A stretch of 64,000 nt of DNA from Bryobacterales bacterium (GTDB lineage: Bacteria > Acidobacteriota > Terriglobia > Bryobacterales > UBA6623), in the NCBI GenBank assembly GCA_028819255.1, contig JAPPMB010000041.1:33575-97574 (forward strand), given 5' to 3'. A program made the position numbers and the translations under genes. This document shows positions 1 through 9,873 of this stretch, piece after piece. The notes below the pieces were generated by a model. It searched no databases. It was not told the DNA's origin and worked only from the letters and a program-made list of their open reading frames with translations. Position 1 is the stretch's first letter; every line of letters begins with the position of its first letter.

Positions 1-1
1 G

Positions 2-604
2 CACTCGGACCACGTCCAGGGTCTGGAAGTCCTGGCCCGGAGGACCGGCGTCAGGATCTACGCGACGGGGCCGACGCGCAGCGTGCTGACGTGGAAGAAA
101 TCGGAGCCCGAGGGCTTCGGCACCTTCGAGGCCGGCCGCGGATTCGCGCTTGGCGGCATTGAGATCGAGTCGTTCACGGTCTCCCACGACGCCATCGATC
201 CGGTCGGATTCTGCATCCGGAACGGCCAACGCAAGCTCTCGATCGTGACCGACCTTGGATACATGACCGATTCCGTCCGGTACCATCTCGCCGGCTCGCA
301 CATGCTGGTCCTGGAATCGAACCACGATCTGGAGATGCTCAAGGCCGGCCCGTATCCCTGGGAGCTCAAGCAGCGGGTCATGAGCAGGGACGGCCACCTG
401 TCAAACACCGCGGTGGCCGAATACCTCTCGAGCGACTGGGACCGGCAGGCCAGGCGGATCGTGCTCGCACACCTGAGCACCAACAACAACCACCCGGCCA
501 TTGCCGAGATGGATGCACTCGACGCGGTCGCCTCAGTCGGGGCCGGCGCCACCGAGATCTTCGTCGCCTCCCAGAAGGAGCCGACGGCGGTCTTCGACCT
601 GTAG
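2..604 (+). CDS. MBL-fold metallo-hydrolase, 5' end cut by window edge
   Basis: The frame of ORF 83..604 stays open back to nt 2, where it reads HSDH (tail of the HxHxDH metallo-beta-lactamase motif). Downstream GHLSN and LAHLS motifs are typical of YycJ-like MBL hydrolases. Confidence 0.8.
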   Translation, partial: HSDHVQGLEVLARRTGVRIYATGPTRSVLTWKKSEPEGFGTFEAGRGFALGGIEIESFTVSHDAIDPVGFCIRNGQRKLSIVTDLGYMTDSVRYHLAGSHMLVLESNHDLEMLKAGPYPWELKQRVMSRDGHLSNTAVAEYLSSDWDRQARRIVLAHLSTNNNHPAIAEMDALDAVASVGAGATEIFVASQKEPTAVFDL

Positions 605-636
605 GGCCAGCCGAGCCGCGACGGGCGGCAGCTCCG

Positions 637-1668
637 TCAGTGGAGCACGACAGAGCCGCCCCGTCCGCTTCCCTCGGCAGACGCCGGACCCGACGGGACA
701 GTGGCGAGCGGCCGCCCCAGGATCCTCGCAGCGAATCCGTGCATCGCATATGCCTGAGGGCCGAACGCAGCACACGCCGCGTAGCCCGCCAACGGCATCT
801 CGAAGAGCTTGAGCCCAGCTCCAAGGCTTGTGATGGCGCGCCATTTCGCGTCGGCCGGGTAGTTGACCCCGTCAGCCAGCAAACCGCAGAACACGCCGGC
901 AGCCGCCAGCGCGCCAAGGCGCTCCCGCCCGCCATTGGACCAGTCGCGCCACAGGCTCGGACCGCCCGAGGTTGCGTTCAGGGGGTCAAGGACCAGCAGG
1001 AAACCGAGGGCGACCAATGGGAGCAGGTGCTCCCCGACATCGAGGCGCGGAACCACCAGTGGAACGACCAGGCATGCGCCGCCCATGGCAACGGTCGCAA
1101 GGACGGCAGGAATGGCCGGGCGCGCCCCGCGGCCGGCTGCCGGAGCATCGCGACGCGCAAGGGCCAGAAACAGGTCGGACGTTTCAAAGAGCGCGGGCCA
1201 GATGCAGGCGAACGACCACCCCAGCAGCAGGTACCGCTCAAGCCCGGCGGGCATCCCCGACCGGTACCAGCCTGCCAGGCGGAGGTTGTACCACTCGAAG
1301 GGCAGCCACAGGAAGATCGAGAGGATGACGAGCCAAGCGAAGGCCTGAGGGCCGGAACGGATCATCGAGCGGCCGCGAAGGGAGAAGACGGCGGAGTCCG
1401 CGGCAACCACGTAGCCGCTCCATGCGAGAGCGCCGAGGGCCGGCGCCCGCCAGGGGCTTGCGAGCAGGGCCACGCTCAGGCCCGCGGCGGCCAGGCCTGC
1501 CCAGCCGGCGGCGCCGAAGCTGTGAAGGCGCGGTGAGAGCGCCCATGCGCCGATCAGGCCGAGGACGGCGAGCGTCTCCACGGCGATCCCCGCTAGAGGC
1601 ACGCTGGCATACTCTAGCAGGGACCGTTCGTCGCAAGCATGCGATTCACAGAAGTTTCCGACTGGCAC
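637..1668 (-). CDS. polytopic membrane protein, unknown function
   Basis: 343-aa ORF with many hydrophobic helices (LAVLGLIGAWAL, FAWLVILSIFLWLPF, GGACLVVPLVV). No family recognised. The start is uncertain: an alternative GTG at 1602 would remove the overlap with the next gene. Confidence 0.5.
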   Translation of the reverse strand: MPVGNFCESHACDERSLLEYASVPLAGIAVETLAVLGLIGAWALSPRLHSFGAAGWAGLAAAGLSVALLASPWRAPALGALAWSGYVVAADSAVFSLRGRSMIRSGPQAFAWLVILSIFLWLPFEWYNLRLAGWYRSGMPAGLERYLLLGWSFACIWPALFETSDLFLALARRDAPAAGRGARPAIPAVLATVAMGGACLVVPLVVPRLDVGEHLLPLVALGFLLVLDPLNATSGGPSLWRDWSNGGRERLGALAAAGVFCGLLADGVNYPADAKWRAITSLGAGLKLFEMPLAGYAACAAFGPQAYAMHGFAARILGRPLATVPSGPASAEGSGRGGSVVLH

Positions 1669-2730
1669 GACGAGTCGGCGCTGCTCGCAGTCCCGGCGGC
1701 TGCCGGCGTCTTCCGAATCGACTTTGAGAACGGACGCCCCTACGTGGGCAAGACGGCGGACCTGCGCAGGCGCCTGCGGCGTTTGCTCGTGCCACGGGAG
1801 GGCCTTTCGCGCCGGCTGACGCTACGGGACATCGCCCGGGGCGTCCTCTACCGGGCGACAGGCTCGCCTTTTGAATCGAGCATCCTACTCTACCAGCTCG
1901 CCCGGCAACATCTGCCCGGAGGCGTCCGGGAGCACCTGAAGCTGCGACCGTTGCCGTTCGTCAAGATCCTGATGGGAAACCGCTTCCCCCGGACCTGTGT
2001 GACGCGACGACTGGCACGCAGCAGGGCCATCTTCTACGGTCCCTTTCAGACCCGAGGCGCAGCCAAGCAGTTCGAGGACGCCTTCCTCAACCTCTTCCAA
2101 GTGAGGCGCTGCGTCGAGAACCTTGTCCCCTCGACCAGCCATCCAGGATGCGTCTGGGGCGACATGGGCCTGTGCCTGAGACCATGCCAACAGGCGTGCG
2201 ACGACGACACGTACGCCCGGGAAGTCGCGCGCATGGCGGACTTCCTCGCCACGGACGGCGCGTCGTTTCTTCGGGAAGTCGAGACCGCCCGAGACCTGGC
2301 CAGTGAGTCCATGGAGTTCGAGGCGGCGGCCCGCCATCACCGCCGGTTCGTCAAGGCCAGGAACACCCTTCGCCTGAGGGGAGGCCTCTCGCGGGTGGTG
2401 GGGTCGCTGTGCGGCATGGTGTTTCAGCGCAGCGCGGAGGCCGGGTCCGTCCAGGCGACGCCCGTCTACAAGGGTTCACTGCAGGAGGCCATTCGCCTCG
2501 GCTGGGACGAGGAGCCGCGGGCAGCGCTGTTCGGCGCAGCCATTCGGAATGAACTTGCGAGCCGCAGTTGGAGGGAAGTCGCCGTGCGGGAGAAGGAGGA
2601 GCATCTGGCATTGCTGCAGCGGTGGCACAGCAGCAGCTTTCGGAAGGGCGAGTTCGTGCCGTTCGCCAGCATGTCGGAGGCCCCGCTGCGAAGACTCGCA
2701 AACGCGGCGATGCGAGTGGCAACAGGCTAG
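1639..2730 (+). CDS. UvrC N-terminal-half homologue (GIY-YIG nuclease + Cys-rich region + UVR motif), Cho-like
   Basis: GIY-YIG-like GVFRIDFENGRPYVGKTADLRRRL. Cys cluster CVWGDMGLCLRPCQQAC. UVR-like helix ESMEFEAAARHHRRF. At 363 aa it lacks the C-terminal RNase H-like/HhH half of full UvrC. Confidence 0.65.
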   Translation: MRFTEVSDWHDESALLAVPAAAGVFRIDFENGRPYVGKTADLRRRLRRLLVPREGLSRRLTLRDIARGVLYRATGSPFESSILLYQLARQHLPGGVREHLKLRPLPFVKILMGNRFPRTCVTRRLARSRAIFYGPFQTRGAAKQFEDAFLNLFQVRRCVENLVPSTSHPGCVWGDMGLCLRPCQQACDDDTYAREVARMADFLATDGASFLREVETARDLASESMEFEAAARHHRRFVKARNTLRLRGGLSRVVGSLCGMVFQRSAEAGSVQATPVYKGSLQEAIRLGWDEEPRAALFGAAIRNELASRSWREVAVREKEEHLALLQRWHSSSFRKGEFVPFASMSEAPLRRLANAAMRVATG

Positions 2731-2766
2731 CGGGGTCGGCGATGCGCTCTAGTACAATGCCGTCCG

Positions 2767-5382
2767 ATGACCCGCCTGCGATGGACGACGATCTCAGTCG
2801 TCCTCTGCCTCGTCCTTGTCGGCTGGATCTCGGTGGGAATCGCACGGGACGCAGGCCGGGAGGACTACCTGGCGCCAGACCTGAGGACGCGGGTGGAGGC
2901 GCTCAAGTCGGCTGCGCCTGACCAGCCGACGACCGCGGGCAACCTTGCCGACCGCCTCGACACGCTCTGGGCATGGATCAACGCGTATTCCCTGACCGGC
3001 GGGCCCATGCCGGTCAATGCGACACTCCAGATCGCCACGGCATACAGGGCAGTGGAGGCGCTTCGCCTTGAGGGCGGGCGGCCCACGCGAGGCGTGCTTG
3101 ACAGCGTGGACAGGTTGATCCACGAGTTCCGGCTCAAGGACGAGGTCCCGGGGGCCCTGGGAACGGTGGCCCTCGACACCGGCCGCCCTGTCCACGCCGG
3201 CTCGTGGGCCACCATCGAGCAGACCTACACCGTGGGAGAGACGCCGCTCGTTCCGGGGGCCAGGATCATGGTCGCGAGGCAGATGCAGGCCGACGGCGGG
3301 CGGCTGCAGCACAGCGACCCCGAAGCGGCGCACTACGTGTCGGCACGGACATCGAACCCGTCTGTGAGCCTAGGAAGGACCACGGTTCCATGGACGGGGA
3401 TGCATGGCGGCTTCCGCGCTCCCGTCCCGATGCCGACGTTTCAGGTCGAGAGCGGCACGCTCAGGTCCGGAGACACCCTGACCGTGGTTTACGGCGACCG
3501 CCAGGCGGGTTCTGAGGGCTGGCTCCAGCAGACGTTCGCGACTGACGAGGCCATGCTGCCGATCTACATCGACCTCGACGGGTCCGGTCACTTCCTTACG
3601 CCGCGATGGCCTGCGTACGAGGTTGTCGGCAACACCGCGGCGGGCGTGACCGCGGTCGTCCCATCCATTGTGAAACCCGGCGAGCCGTTCGACCTCTCAC
3701 TGCGCTGGGAGGATGACGCCGGCAACCGCGCGACAGGAGCCATGCCGGCGGCAACCGTCACGCTCGGAGACGCAAGGTTCCGCACGGTCGAGCCCGATGG
3801 GGATGCGGTTCACAGGATCGAGGCCATCACCTTGGACGAGGAAGGGGTCTACCGGTTCGGCGTTGAGAGCGCGGACGGAAGGATCAAGACGCTCAGCAAT
3901 CCGGTCTGGGTGCGCCGCAACCCGCCCTACCGCCTCTACTGGGGCGAGACCCACACCCACACCGGAATGGCCGAAGGCCAAGGCTCCATCGGCCGCTCGT
4001 ACCGGTTCGCCCGAGAGGACGCCCGGCTCGACTTCCTGGGGCTGTCCGAGCATGACATCTGGCTCGACGACGCGGAATGGCAGGCGATGAGACAGGCCGT
4101 GAGGACGAAGACCGTGCCGGGCGAGTTCGTTGCATTCCTGGGGTACGAATGGACACTTCGGCGGCGATGGGGGGGGCACCACAACGTTTTCTTCAGGAGG
4201 CCCGACTCCATGCGGGTCGGCGCGCAGAAGGCGCCGACCCTGACCGGGCTCTACGAGGGACTGCGGGCAAAGTACGGGACCAGGGACGTGCTGATCATTC
4301 CGCACGCGCACCAGGCCGGGGATTGGCGGACCAACGACCCTGAAATGGAAACGATGATCGAGATCATGTCGATGCATGGAACCTTCGAGTGGTTCGGCAA
4401 CTACTATCTCCGTCAGGGCCACCAGGTGGGTTTCCTTGCGGCGTCCGACGACCACCGCTCGCGGCCCGGGTACAGCTGGACATCGAACCGCCAGCCGAAT
4501 TCCTCGCTGAGCCAGTTCGGCGGTCTCGCGGCGGTCCAGGCGCCCGAGAAGACCGCCGACGCGATCTTCGACGCACTCAAGCGGCGCAGCGCCTATGCGG
4601 TGACCGACGCCCAGCGGATCATCCTGGAAATGGACGTGAATGGCACCGGGATGGGCAACCGCCTCGCCTACACGGACAGGCGCAGACTGCGCGCAAAGGT
4701 GGTGGGGACCGCCCCTATTCGCAGGCTTGCGGTGATCAAGAACGGCGAGACCGTGTACGCGAAGCGTCCGCTCCGGGCCTCGCTTGCCGGCAACGCGAGG
4801 CTCGTCGTCGGGTTCGAGTCCTCCTCGGAGCCTTTCTTCCGCGACAACCCCCGGGGGTACAGGCCCTGGGACGGAACGCTCACCGTCGAGGGCGCAAAGC
4901 TGGCTTCCATGCGGACCCTGCACTTCGACAACAGTCACAGGGAGTGGGCGAGGATCGAGGGGGAAGACCGAAACACGGTGCGGTTCAGCACGGACACCCG
5001 CGGTCAGGCCGACACGCTTCTGCTGGAACTCGAGGGAGCGTCACCGTCCACGACGGTGTCGTTCGACCTGGACGCCGCCCGCGAGTGGGGCAAGTCTCCG
5101 ACTCCCGTTCGGCAGCCCCGGGAGATCGCGGCCAAGCGATTTCGGGTCTCGCTCAGCGAGATGACCGACGGGTCCGCGACAAAGGACCTGTCCGACTCGA
5201 TCGACCGCGACGCGGTTACCGTCGAGCTGATCGGAGGAGACATGCCCATGGAGGCCGAACTCGACTACGCGGACACGGGCGACATGCAACCCGGCGACTA
5301 CTACTACGTGCGCGCGGACCAGCTTGACGGCGCGCGAGCGTACTCGTCGGCGGTGTGGGTCGGCGGCGAGTCGCGCCGCTGA
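2767..5382 (+). CDS. secreted/anchored DUF3604-like PHP-fold metal hydrolase (871 aa)
   Basis: N-terminal hydrophobic anchor TISVVLCLVLVGWISVGIA. Metal-binding style motifs YWGETHTHTGMAEG, LSEHD, IPHAHQAGDW, AASDDHRSRPG. C-terminal YYYVRADQLDGARAYSSAVWV. Confidence 0.7.
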   Translation: MTRLRWTTISVVLCLVLVGWISVGIARDAGREDYLAPDLRTRVEALKSAAPDQPTTAGNLADRLDTLWAWINAYSLTGGPMPVNATLQIATAYRAVEALRLEGGRPTRGVLDSVDRLIHEFRLKDEVPGALGTVALDTGRPVHAGSWATIEQTYTVGETPLVPGARIMVARQMQADGGRLQHSDPEAAHYVSARTSNPSVSLGRTTVPWTGMHGGFRAPVPMPTFQVESGTLRSGDTLTVVYGDRQAGSEGWLQQTFATDEAMLPIYIDLDGSGHFLTPRWPAYEVVGNTAAGVTAVVPSIVKPGEPFDLSLRWEDDAGNRATGAMPAATVTLGDARFRTVEPDGDAVHRIEAITLDEEGVYRFGVESADGRIKTLSNPVWVRRNPPYRLYWGETHTHTGMAEGQGSIGRSYRFAREDARLDFLGLSEHDIWLDDAEWQAMRQAVRTKTVPGEFVAFLGYEWTLRRRWGGHHNVFFRRPDSMRVGAQKAPTLTGLYEGLRAKYGTRDVLIIPHAHQAGDWRTNDPEMETMIEIMSMHGTFEWFGNYYLRQGHQVGFLAASDDHRSRPGYSWTSNRQPNSSLSQFGGLAAVQAPEKTADAIFDALKRRSAYAVTDAQRIILEMDVNGTGMGNRLAYTDRRRLRAKVVGTAPIRRLAVIKNGETVYAKRPLRASLAGNARLVVGFESSSEPFFRDNPRGYRPWDGTLTVEGAKLASMRTLHFDNSHREWARIEGEDRNTVRFSTDTRGQADTLLLELEGASPSTTVSFDLDAAREWGKSPTPVRQPREIAAKRFRVSLSEMTDGSATKDLSDSIDRDAVTVELIGGDMPMEAELDYADTGDMQPGDYYYVRADQLDGARAYSSAVWVGGESRR

Positions 5383-5418
5383 GGGCAGTCGCGGACCCGG
5401 CGTCACACGCAGAAGGCA

Positions 5419-6267
5419 ATGCTGATCATCGACACCCACGCGCATGTGTTCTCGGAGGATGAACAGGCCTACCCTCCGCGAGAGAGCCCGTCGAGACCGC
5501 CTCCCGGTACCGGAACGATCGAGCGGCTGACCGAGGAGGCCGAGCGACACGAAGTCCGGGCTGTGACGGCCGTGCAGGTCTCAGGCTTCTACGGGTTCGA
5601 CAATCGCTACGTCCGGGCCGTCGCTCTCCAGAACCCCCACTGGCTGGCCGGCGTCTGCACTCCGGACCCCCTCGACGAGAGCGCACCGCGCAAGGCGAGG
5701 GAGTTCGCCCGGGACGGGAGCATGCGGGGGCTTCGCAGCGTCCCTGCGCCGGACGGGAGGCTCGACCACCCGGGCGTGCGGGCGCTCTGGCGGGCGGCGA
5801 GCGAGGAGGGCGTGCCCGTCAACGTTCTGGCCGGCTACGAGGTCGAGAACCAGCTCCACCGGCTGCTCGACGCGTTTCCCGCGCTTCCGGTGGTTCTGGA
5901 CCATAGCCTGCGGCTGCAGGCCGGTGACAGGGCCGGCGCCACGCTGTCGGCCCTGGAGCGCCTCTCGCGACACCGCCACCTGTATGCGAAGGTCTCCTTC
6001 ATCGCCAACGGCGAGCTTGGCTGCAGGGACGGCTGGCCCTGCTCGTCCATGTTCGGGGCGGTCATGCGGGTGGTCGATCTGTTCGGGGCGGAACGCTGCG
6101 CGTGGGGATCGCACTTCCCGACGGAGAAGTATGCGCAGCCGCTGACCTACGGTCAGCATCTGGACATCTTCCGCGAGCAGCTGCCCCTTTCTGACGCCGC
6201 GCGGAGGCAGATCCTCGGCCAGACCGCACGACGGCTGTGGTTTCCCGAACTGGACCGTCGCCCTTGA
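5419..6267 (+). CDS. amidohydrolase-2 family (TIM-barrel metal hydrolase)
   Basis: Starts MLIIDTHAHVF (the HxH motif of amidohydrolase_2). AGAAGG lies upstream of the ATG. 282 aa. Confidence 0.75.
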   Translation: MLIIDTHAHVFSEDEQAYPPRESPSRPPPGTGTIERLTEEAERHEVRAVTAVQVSGFYGFDNRYVRAVALQNPHWLAGVCTPDPLDESAPRKAREFARDGSMRGLRSVPAPDGRLDHPGVRALWRAASEEGVPVNVLAGYEVENQLHRLLDAFPALPVVLDHSLRLQAGDRAGATLSALERLSRHRHLYAKVSFIANGELGCRDGWPCSSMFGAVMRVVDLFGAERCAWGSHFPTEKYAQPLTYGQHLDIFREQLPLSDAARRQILGQTARRLWFPELDRRP

Positions 6268-7274
6268 CAGACCCGTCGGCGCACACCCACGGGTCCGAGC
6301 CGGCGCCGTGCATCGCGGTGGTCGGGCCCACCGCCTCCGGCAAGAGCGAACTGGCCGTTCGACTGGCCTCCAGGTTCAGGGGCGAGGTCGTCAGCTTCGA
6401 CTCGGTCCAGGTCTTCCGGCACTTCGACATCGGCACGGCGAAAATCCCGGAGCGCGACAGATGCGGGATTCCGCATCACCTCCTGGACCACGTCGAGCCC
6501 GACCGGCTCTACTCCGCCGGCGAATTCGCTCGCGATGCAAGGGAGGTGCTGGAGCGGCTCCGGGCGAGAGACCGCCTGCCGGTGCTGGCCGGGGGAACCG
6601 GACTCTATCTGGAAGCGCTGGTCAAGGGGCTGTTTCGCGGGCCGGAACGCGATCAGACCCTCCGTAGGCGACTGCAGCTGCGGGCCGAGAGGAAGCCCGC
6701 GGGCCATCTCTGGCGGATCCTAGCCAGACTCGACGCCGGGGCGGCGCAGGCGATTCACCGCAACGACACACCCAAGCTCATCCGCGCGATCGAGGTCTCG
6801 CTCCTCGGCGGTCGGCCGATGACGGACCAGTGGCGGGCCGGCGGGAACCCGCTCCGCAGCCACCGCCCGCTGACGCTGGGCCTGGATCCGCCGCGCGAGA
6901 CCCTGTACGGGAAGATCGAGCGTCGCGCGAGCCGAATGTTCGCCGAGGGGCTGGTGGAGGAGGTGCGAAGCCTCCTCCAGCGCGGAGTCCCGAGGTCCGC
7001 AAGGCCTTTCGGGGCGCTGGGGTACGCGCAGTGCCTGCGCCATTTGGATGGAGCCTGCAGCCTGGACGAGGCCGTGGAGTCCACGGCGCGTCAGACCCGG
7101 CGCTACGCGAAGCGCCAGATGACGTGGTTTCGCCGCCGGACTCCCGGCGTCCGGTGGCGGCAGGGGTTCGGCGGCACGGGTGCCGCCGCCGAGTGGGCGG
7201 AACGCGAATTCCTCGCGTGGCTCGCGGCAGACCACGGTTCTGCCTGGCTTGAGACATGGCACGCCGCGCGCTGA
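6264..7274 (+). CDS. miaA: tRNA dimethylallyltransferase
   Basis: P-loop VVGPTASGKSELA followed by SFDSVQVFRHFDIGTAKIP and LAGGTGLYLEAL. The start is uncertain: TTG at 6264 overlaps the upstream TGA, and the ORF is open from 6237. Confidence 0.85.
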   Translation: MTDPSAHTHGSEPAPCIAVVGPTASGKSELAVRLASRFRGEVVSFDSVQVFRHFDIGTAKIPERDRCGIPHHLLDHVEPDRLYSAGEFARDAREVLERLRARDRLPVLAGGTGLYLEALVKGLFRGPERDQTLRRRLQLRAERKPAGHLWRILARLDAGAAQAIHRNDTPKLIRAIEVSLLGGRPMTDQWRAGGNPLRSHRPLTLGLDPPRETLYGKIERRASRMFAEGLVEEVRSLLQRGVPRSARPFGALGYAQCLRHLDGACSLDEAVESTARQTRRYAKRQMTWFRRRTPGVRWRQGFGGTGAAAEWAEREFLAWLAADHGSAWLETWHAAR

Positions 7275-8092
7275 TCATCGGGGCGGGCTTCACCGGAGCG
7301 AGAGCGGCCCGCATGCTGCTCGGGGACGGATGGCGTGTCACCGCCACGACCCGCACGCCCTCAAGGCTCGAGGGCCTGCGCGCCCTTGGCGCGGAGGTCC
7401 GTGCGTTCGACGCGGCGGGCGGCGGGCGTCTGGATGTCCGGGCGGACGGGGCGACAGTGCTGCTCTCCGTGCCCACGCTGCGGAGCGAAGGCGCGCTCGA
7501 CGAGCCGACACCGCGAATCCTCGCCGGTCTGAGAGGACAGCCGGAGCACGTCACCTATCTCTCGACAACCGGAGTCTACGGAGCGACGAAGCTGGTTGAC
7601 GAGACCACCGCGCCCGCGCCGGAGACGGAAAGGCAGAGGCTTCGCCGCCGGGCGGAGAAGGCGGTGCTTGCCCTGCCCTGCCCTGCCCTGGTCCTCCGGC
7701 CTGCGGCAATCTACGGTCCGCATCGTGGTGTCCACGCCGCCATGCGGGCAGGCCGCTTCCGCCTCGCTCGAGGGGGCAGGAGGTTCGTTTCGCGGATCCA
7801 CGTCGAGGATCTGGCCGGGATTGCCGCTGCGGCCATGACGCAGAAGCTGGTGGGCGTCTTTCCGGTCGCCGACGATCTTGCCGCGACATCCCGCGATGTC
7901 GCGCTGTTCTGCTCGGATCTCCTGGGCGTCGCGCCGCCTCCGGAGGTCCCGAACCGGAAGCTGGGCGAAACGCGCCTCTCGGACCGTCGGGTCGACGGAC
8001 GCGCCGTAAGGCGGCGGCTGGGCGTCCGGCTCCGACACCCGACCTACCGGGAGGGAATTCGGGCAAGCATCGCGGCCGAGCAGGAGGCCTGA
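7256..8092 (+). CDS. NAD(P)-binding SDR / epimerase-dehydratase family protein
   Basis: Rossmann motif ALIIGAGFTGARAARML, later STTGVYG and PAAIYGP. Overlaps the miaA stop by 19 nt. Confidence 0.7.
   Translation: MARRALIIGAGFTGARAARMLLGDGWRVTATTRTPSRLEGLRALGAEVRAFDAAGGGRLDVRADGATVLLSVPTLRSEGALDEPTPRILAGLRGQPEHVTYLSTTGVYGATKLVDETTAPAPETERQRLRRRAEKAVLALPCPALVLRPAAIYGPHRGVHAAMRAGRFRLARGGRRFVSRIHVEDLAGIAAAAMTQKLVGVFPVADDLAATSRDVALFCSDLLGVAPPPEVPNRKLGETRLSDRRVDGRAVRRRLGVRLRHPTYREGIRASIAAEQEA
7669..7690. repeat. pentanucleotide tandem repeat (TGCCC)x4 + TG inside the SDR gene
   Basis: Read directly: tgccc tgccc tgccc tgccc tg. It encodes LPCPAL in frame. Confidence 0.9.
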
Positions 8093-8111
8093 CCCGTGCA
8101 GCGAGAGGCGG

Positions 8112-8723
8112 CTACTTCAGGCCGTCCGTCCCGATGCCTTCCAGCAGGCGATGCACATGCTTGGCCAGCATGTCGCACTCGATGTTGACCTCGCTTCCGG
8201 CGCGCACTGAGGACAATGCGGTCACTTCATAGGTGTGAGGGATGACGGCAATCCCGATCGTCGGGCCGTTCAGGGATGCGATGGTGAGGCTGATGCCGTC
8301 AACGGCGATGCTGCCCTTGTAGACCAGAAACTTGAGAAGCTCCCGCGGAGCGCGAACCGACAGCCACCAGTTCCCGTCGCCCAGCGGCTCGAGCGCCTCG
8401 ACCGTGCCCTTGCCGTCGACATGCCCCAGGACGAAGTGGCCGCCCAGGCGGTCCGTCGGCAGAAGCGGGCGCTCGAGATTGACGGCCGCCCCGGGCCTCA
8501 GCCCCCCGAGGTTGGTCCTGTCGAGCGTCTCGGGAGAGAGATCGGCGGCAAATGACCCGCGGACGACTCGAACGGCGGTCAGGCAGCAGCCGTTCACAGC
8601 CACGCTGGCGCCGACCTCCAGGTCACGCAGCACCTTGCCCGCCCCCACAACCAGGCCGGCTCCGGCCCCGTGCGGCGAGAGATCAAGCACCTCACCGGCC
8701 TCCTCCACGATCCCCGTGAACAT
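8112..8723 (-). CDS. ribE: riboflavin synthase
   Basis: MFTGIVEE start, duplicated lumazine-binding halves (GDSVAVNG-like SVAVNGCCLT; GSIAVDGISLT). The ORF is open to 8732, but MFTGIV is the canonical N-terminus. Confidence 0.9.
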   Translation of the reverse strand: MFTGIVEEAGEVLDLSPHGAGAGLVVGAGKVLRDLEVGASVAVNGCCLTAVRVVRGSFAADLSPETLDRTNLGGLRPGAAVNLERPLLPTDRLGGHFVLGHVDGKGTVEALEPLGDGNWWLSVRAPRELLKFLVYKGSIAVDGISLTIASLNGPTIGIAVIPHTYEVTALSSVRAGSEVNIECDMLAKHVHRLLEGIGTDGLK

Positions 8724-8751
8724 GCGGATCATCCCCGGGGGCAGGCCGCCC

Positions 8752-9873
8752 CTAGCGCGCCTCCTTGACGATGTCCGCCTCGACCGCGAACTCGTTCTCG
8801 GCCACTGTGAACGTCCGCAGGCTGCTCAGCTGCAGCGCCCCGGCGCGCGATCTGCGGCCGATGCCACCGACCATGGGCAGCGAGTCGAATCCGCCAAGGA
8901 TCTTGGGCGCGAAGTACAGGAGAACCTTGTCGACGACGCCCGCCTCGAGCACGGCCCAGTTCAGCTTCGCCCCTGCCTCGATCATCAGCGACACGATCTG
9001 CCTGCTTCCCAGCCACTCCACGAGCTGCTGCAGGTCGACCCTGCCCGTCGGCGAGTCGAACACGCGCACGGGGATGTTGAGCCGTGCGAACAGGTCACGG
9101 CGCTTCGGGGACGCGGCCGAGGTCGTTGCCACGACCAGGTCGTCATCGAAAGTCTCGACGATGCGCGAGTCCCCGGGAAGCCGCAGGAGCGAGTCGGCGA
9201 CAATCCGCATCAGAGGACGGCGCCGCGGCAGGCCGGAACGGTCGGTCAGCCTGCAGTCGTCCGCCTGCACCGTCCCGATCCCCGTCATGATCGCGTCGTG
9301 CCGGTGCCGCACGCCCTGGACGTGCTGCCGCGCGGTCGCGCTGGTGATCCAGCCGGTGTTGTCGTCGGGGGCGGCGATCTTTCCGTCGAGCGTCAAGGCC
9401 GTCTTGAGCGTGACCAGCGGGCGGCCGGTGCGGGCGAAGTGGAAGAACGGCTCGTTGAGTCTGGCCGCCTCGAAGGCAAGCTCGCCTCCCGCCTCCTCGA
9501 CCTCCACTCCGGCGGCGCGCAGGCGCTCGATGCCGGACCCGTCGATGTCGGGATTCCGGTCGCGGGTCGCGGTCACGACCCGCGAGATTCCCGCGTTGAG
9601 AACGGAGTCCACGCAGGGTGGCGTCCGGCCCTGGATGCTGCAGGGTTCGAGGGAGACATAGATCGTGCCGCCTCGCGCCAGACTGCCGGCCTCTTCCAAG
9701 GCCAGCACCTCGGCGTGCTTCCGGCCCGCATAGGTGTAGCAGCCCGATCCCGCCTTCCTGCCCGAAGCGTCGACCAGCACAGCCCCCACCTGCGGGTTGG
9801 GACTCGCCAGGGCGTCCCCTTGGCGGGCAAGCTCGAGCGCTTCCCGCATCCACCTCCGGTCCGTCTCCGTCAT
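8752..9873 (-). CDS. ribD: bifunctional riboflavin biosynthesis deaminase/reductase
   Basis: CMP/dCMP deaminase zinc motif HAEVLAL...EPCSIQGRTPPC. C-terminal reductase half LTLDGKIA. ATGA overlap with the ftsY stop. Confidence 0.9.
   Translation of the reverse strand: MTETDRRWMREALELARQGDALASPNPQVGAVLVDASGRKAGSGCYTYAGRKHAEVLALEEAGSLARGGTIYVSLEPCSIQGRTPPCVDSVLNAGISRVVTATRDRNPDIDGSGIERLRAAGVEVEEAGGELAFEAARLNEPFFHFARTGRPLVTLKTALTLDGKIAAPDDNTGWITSATARQHVQGVRHRHDAIMTGIGTVQADDCRLTDRSGLPRRRPLMRIVADSLLRLPGDSRIVETFDDDLVVATTSAASPKRRDLFARLNIPVRVFDSPTGRVDLQQLVEWLGSRQIVSLMIEAGAKLNWAVLEAGVVDKVLLYFAPKILGGFDSLPMVGGIGRRSRAGALQLSSLRTFTVAENEFAVEADIVKEAR

Noticed and set aside
4169-4176. G8 homopolymer runs inside coding regions (4169-4176 in the DUF3604-like gene; 32065-32072 in the 173-aa hypothetical) as phase-variation switches.
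   Set aside because: Both are in frame and encode Gly/Pro pairs. Two occurrences in a very GC-rich 64 kb is not clearly unusual, and there is no supporting evidence of variability.
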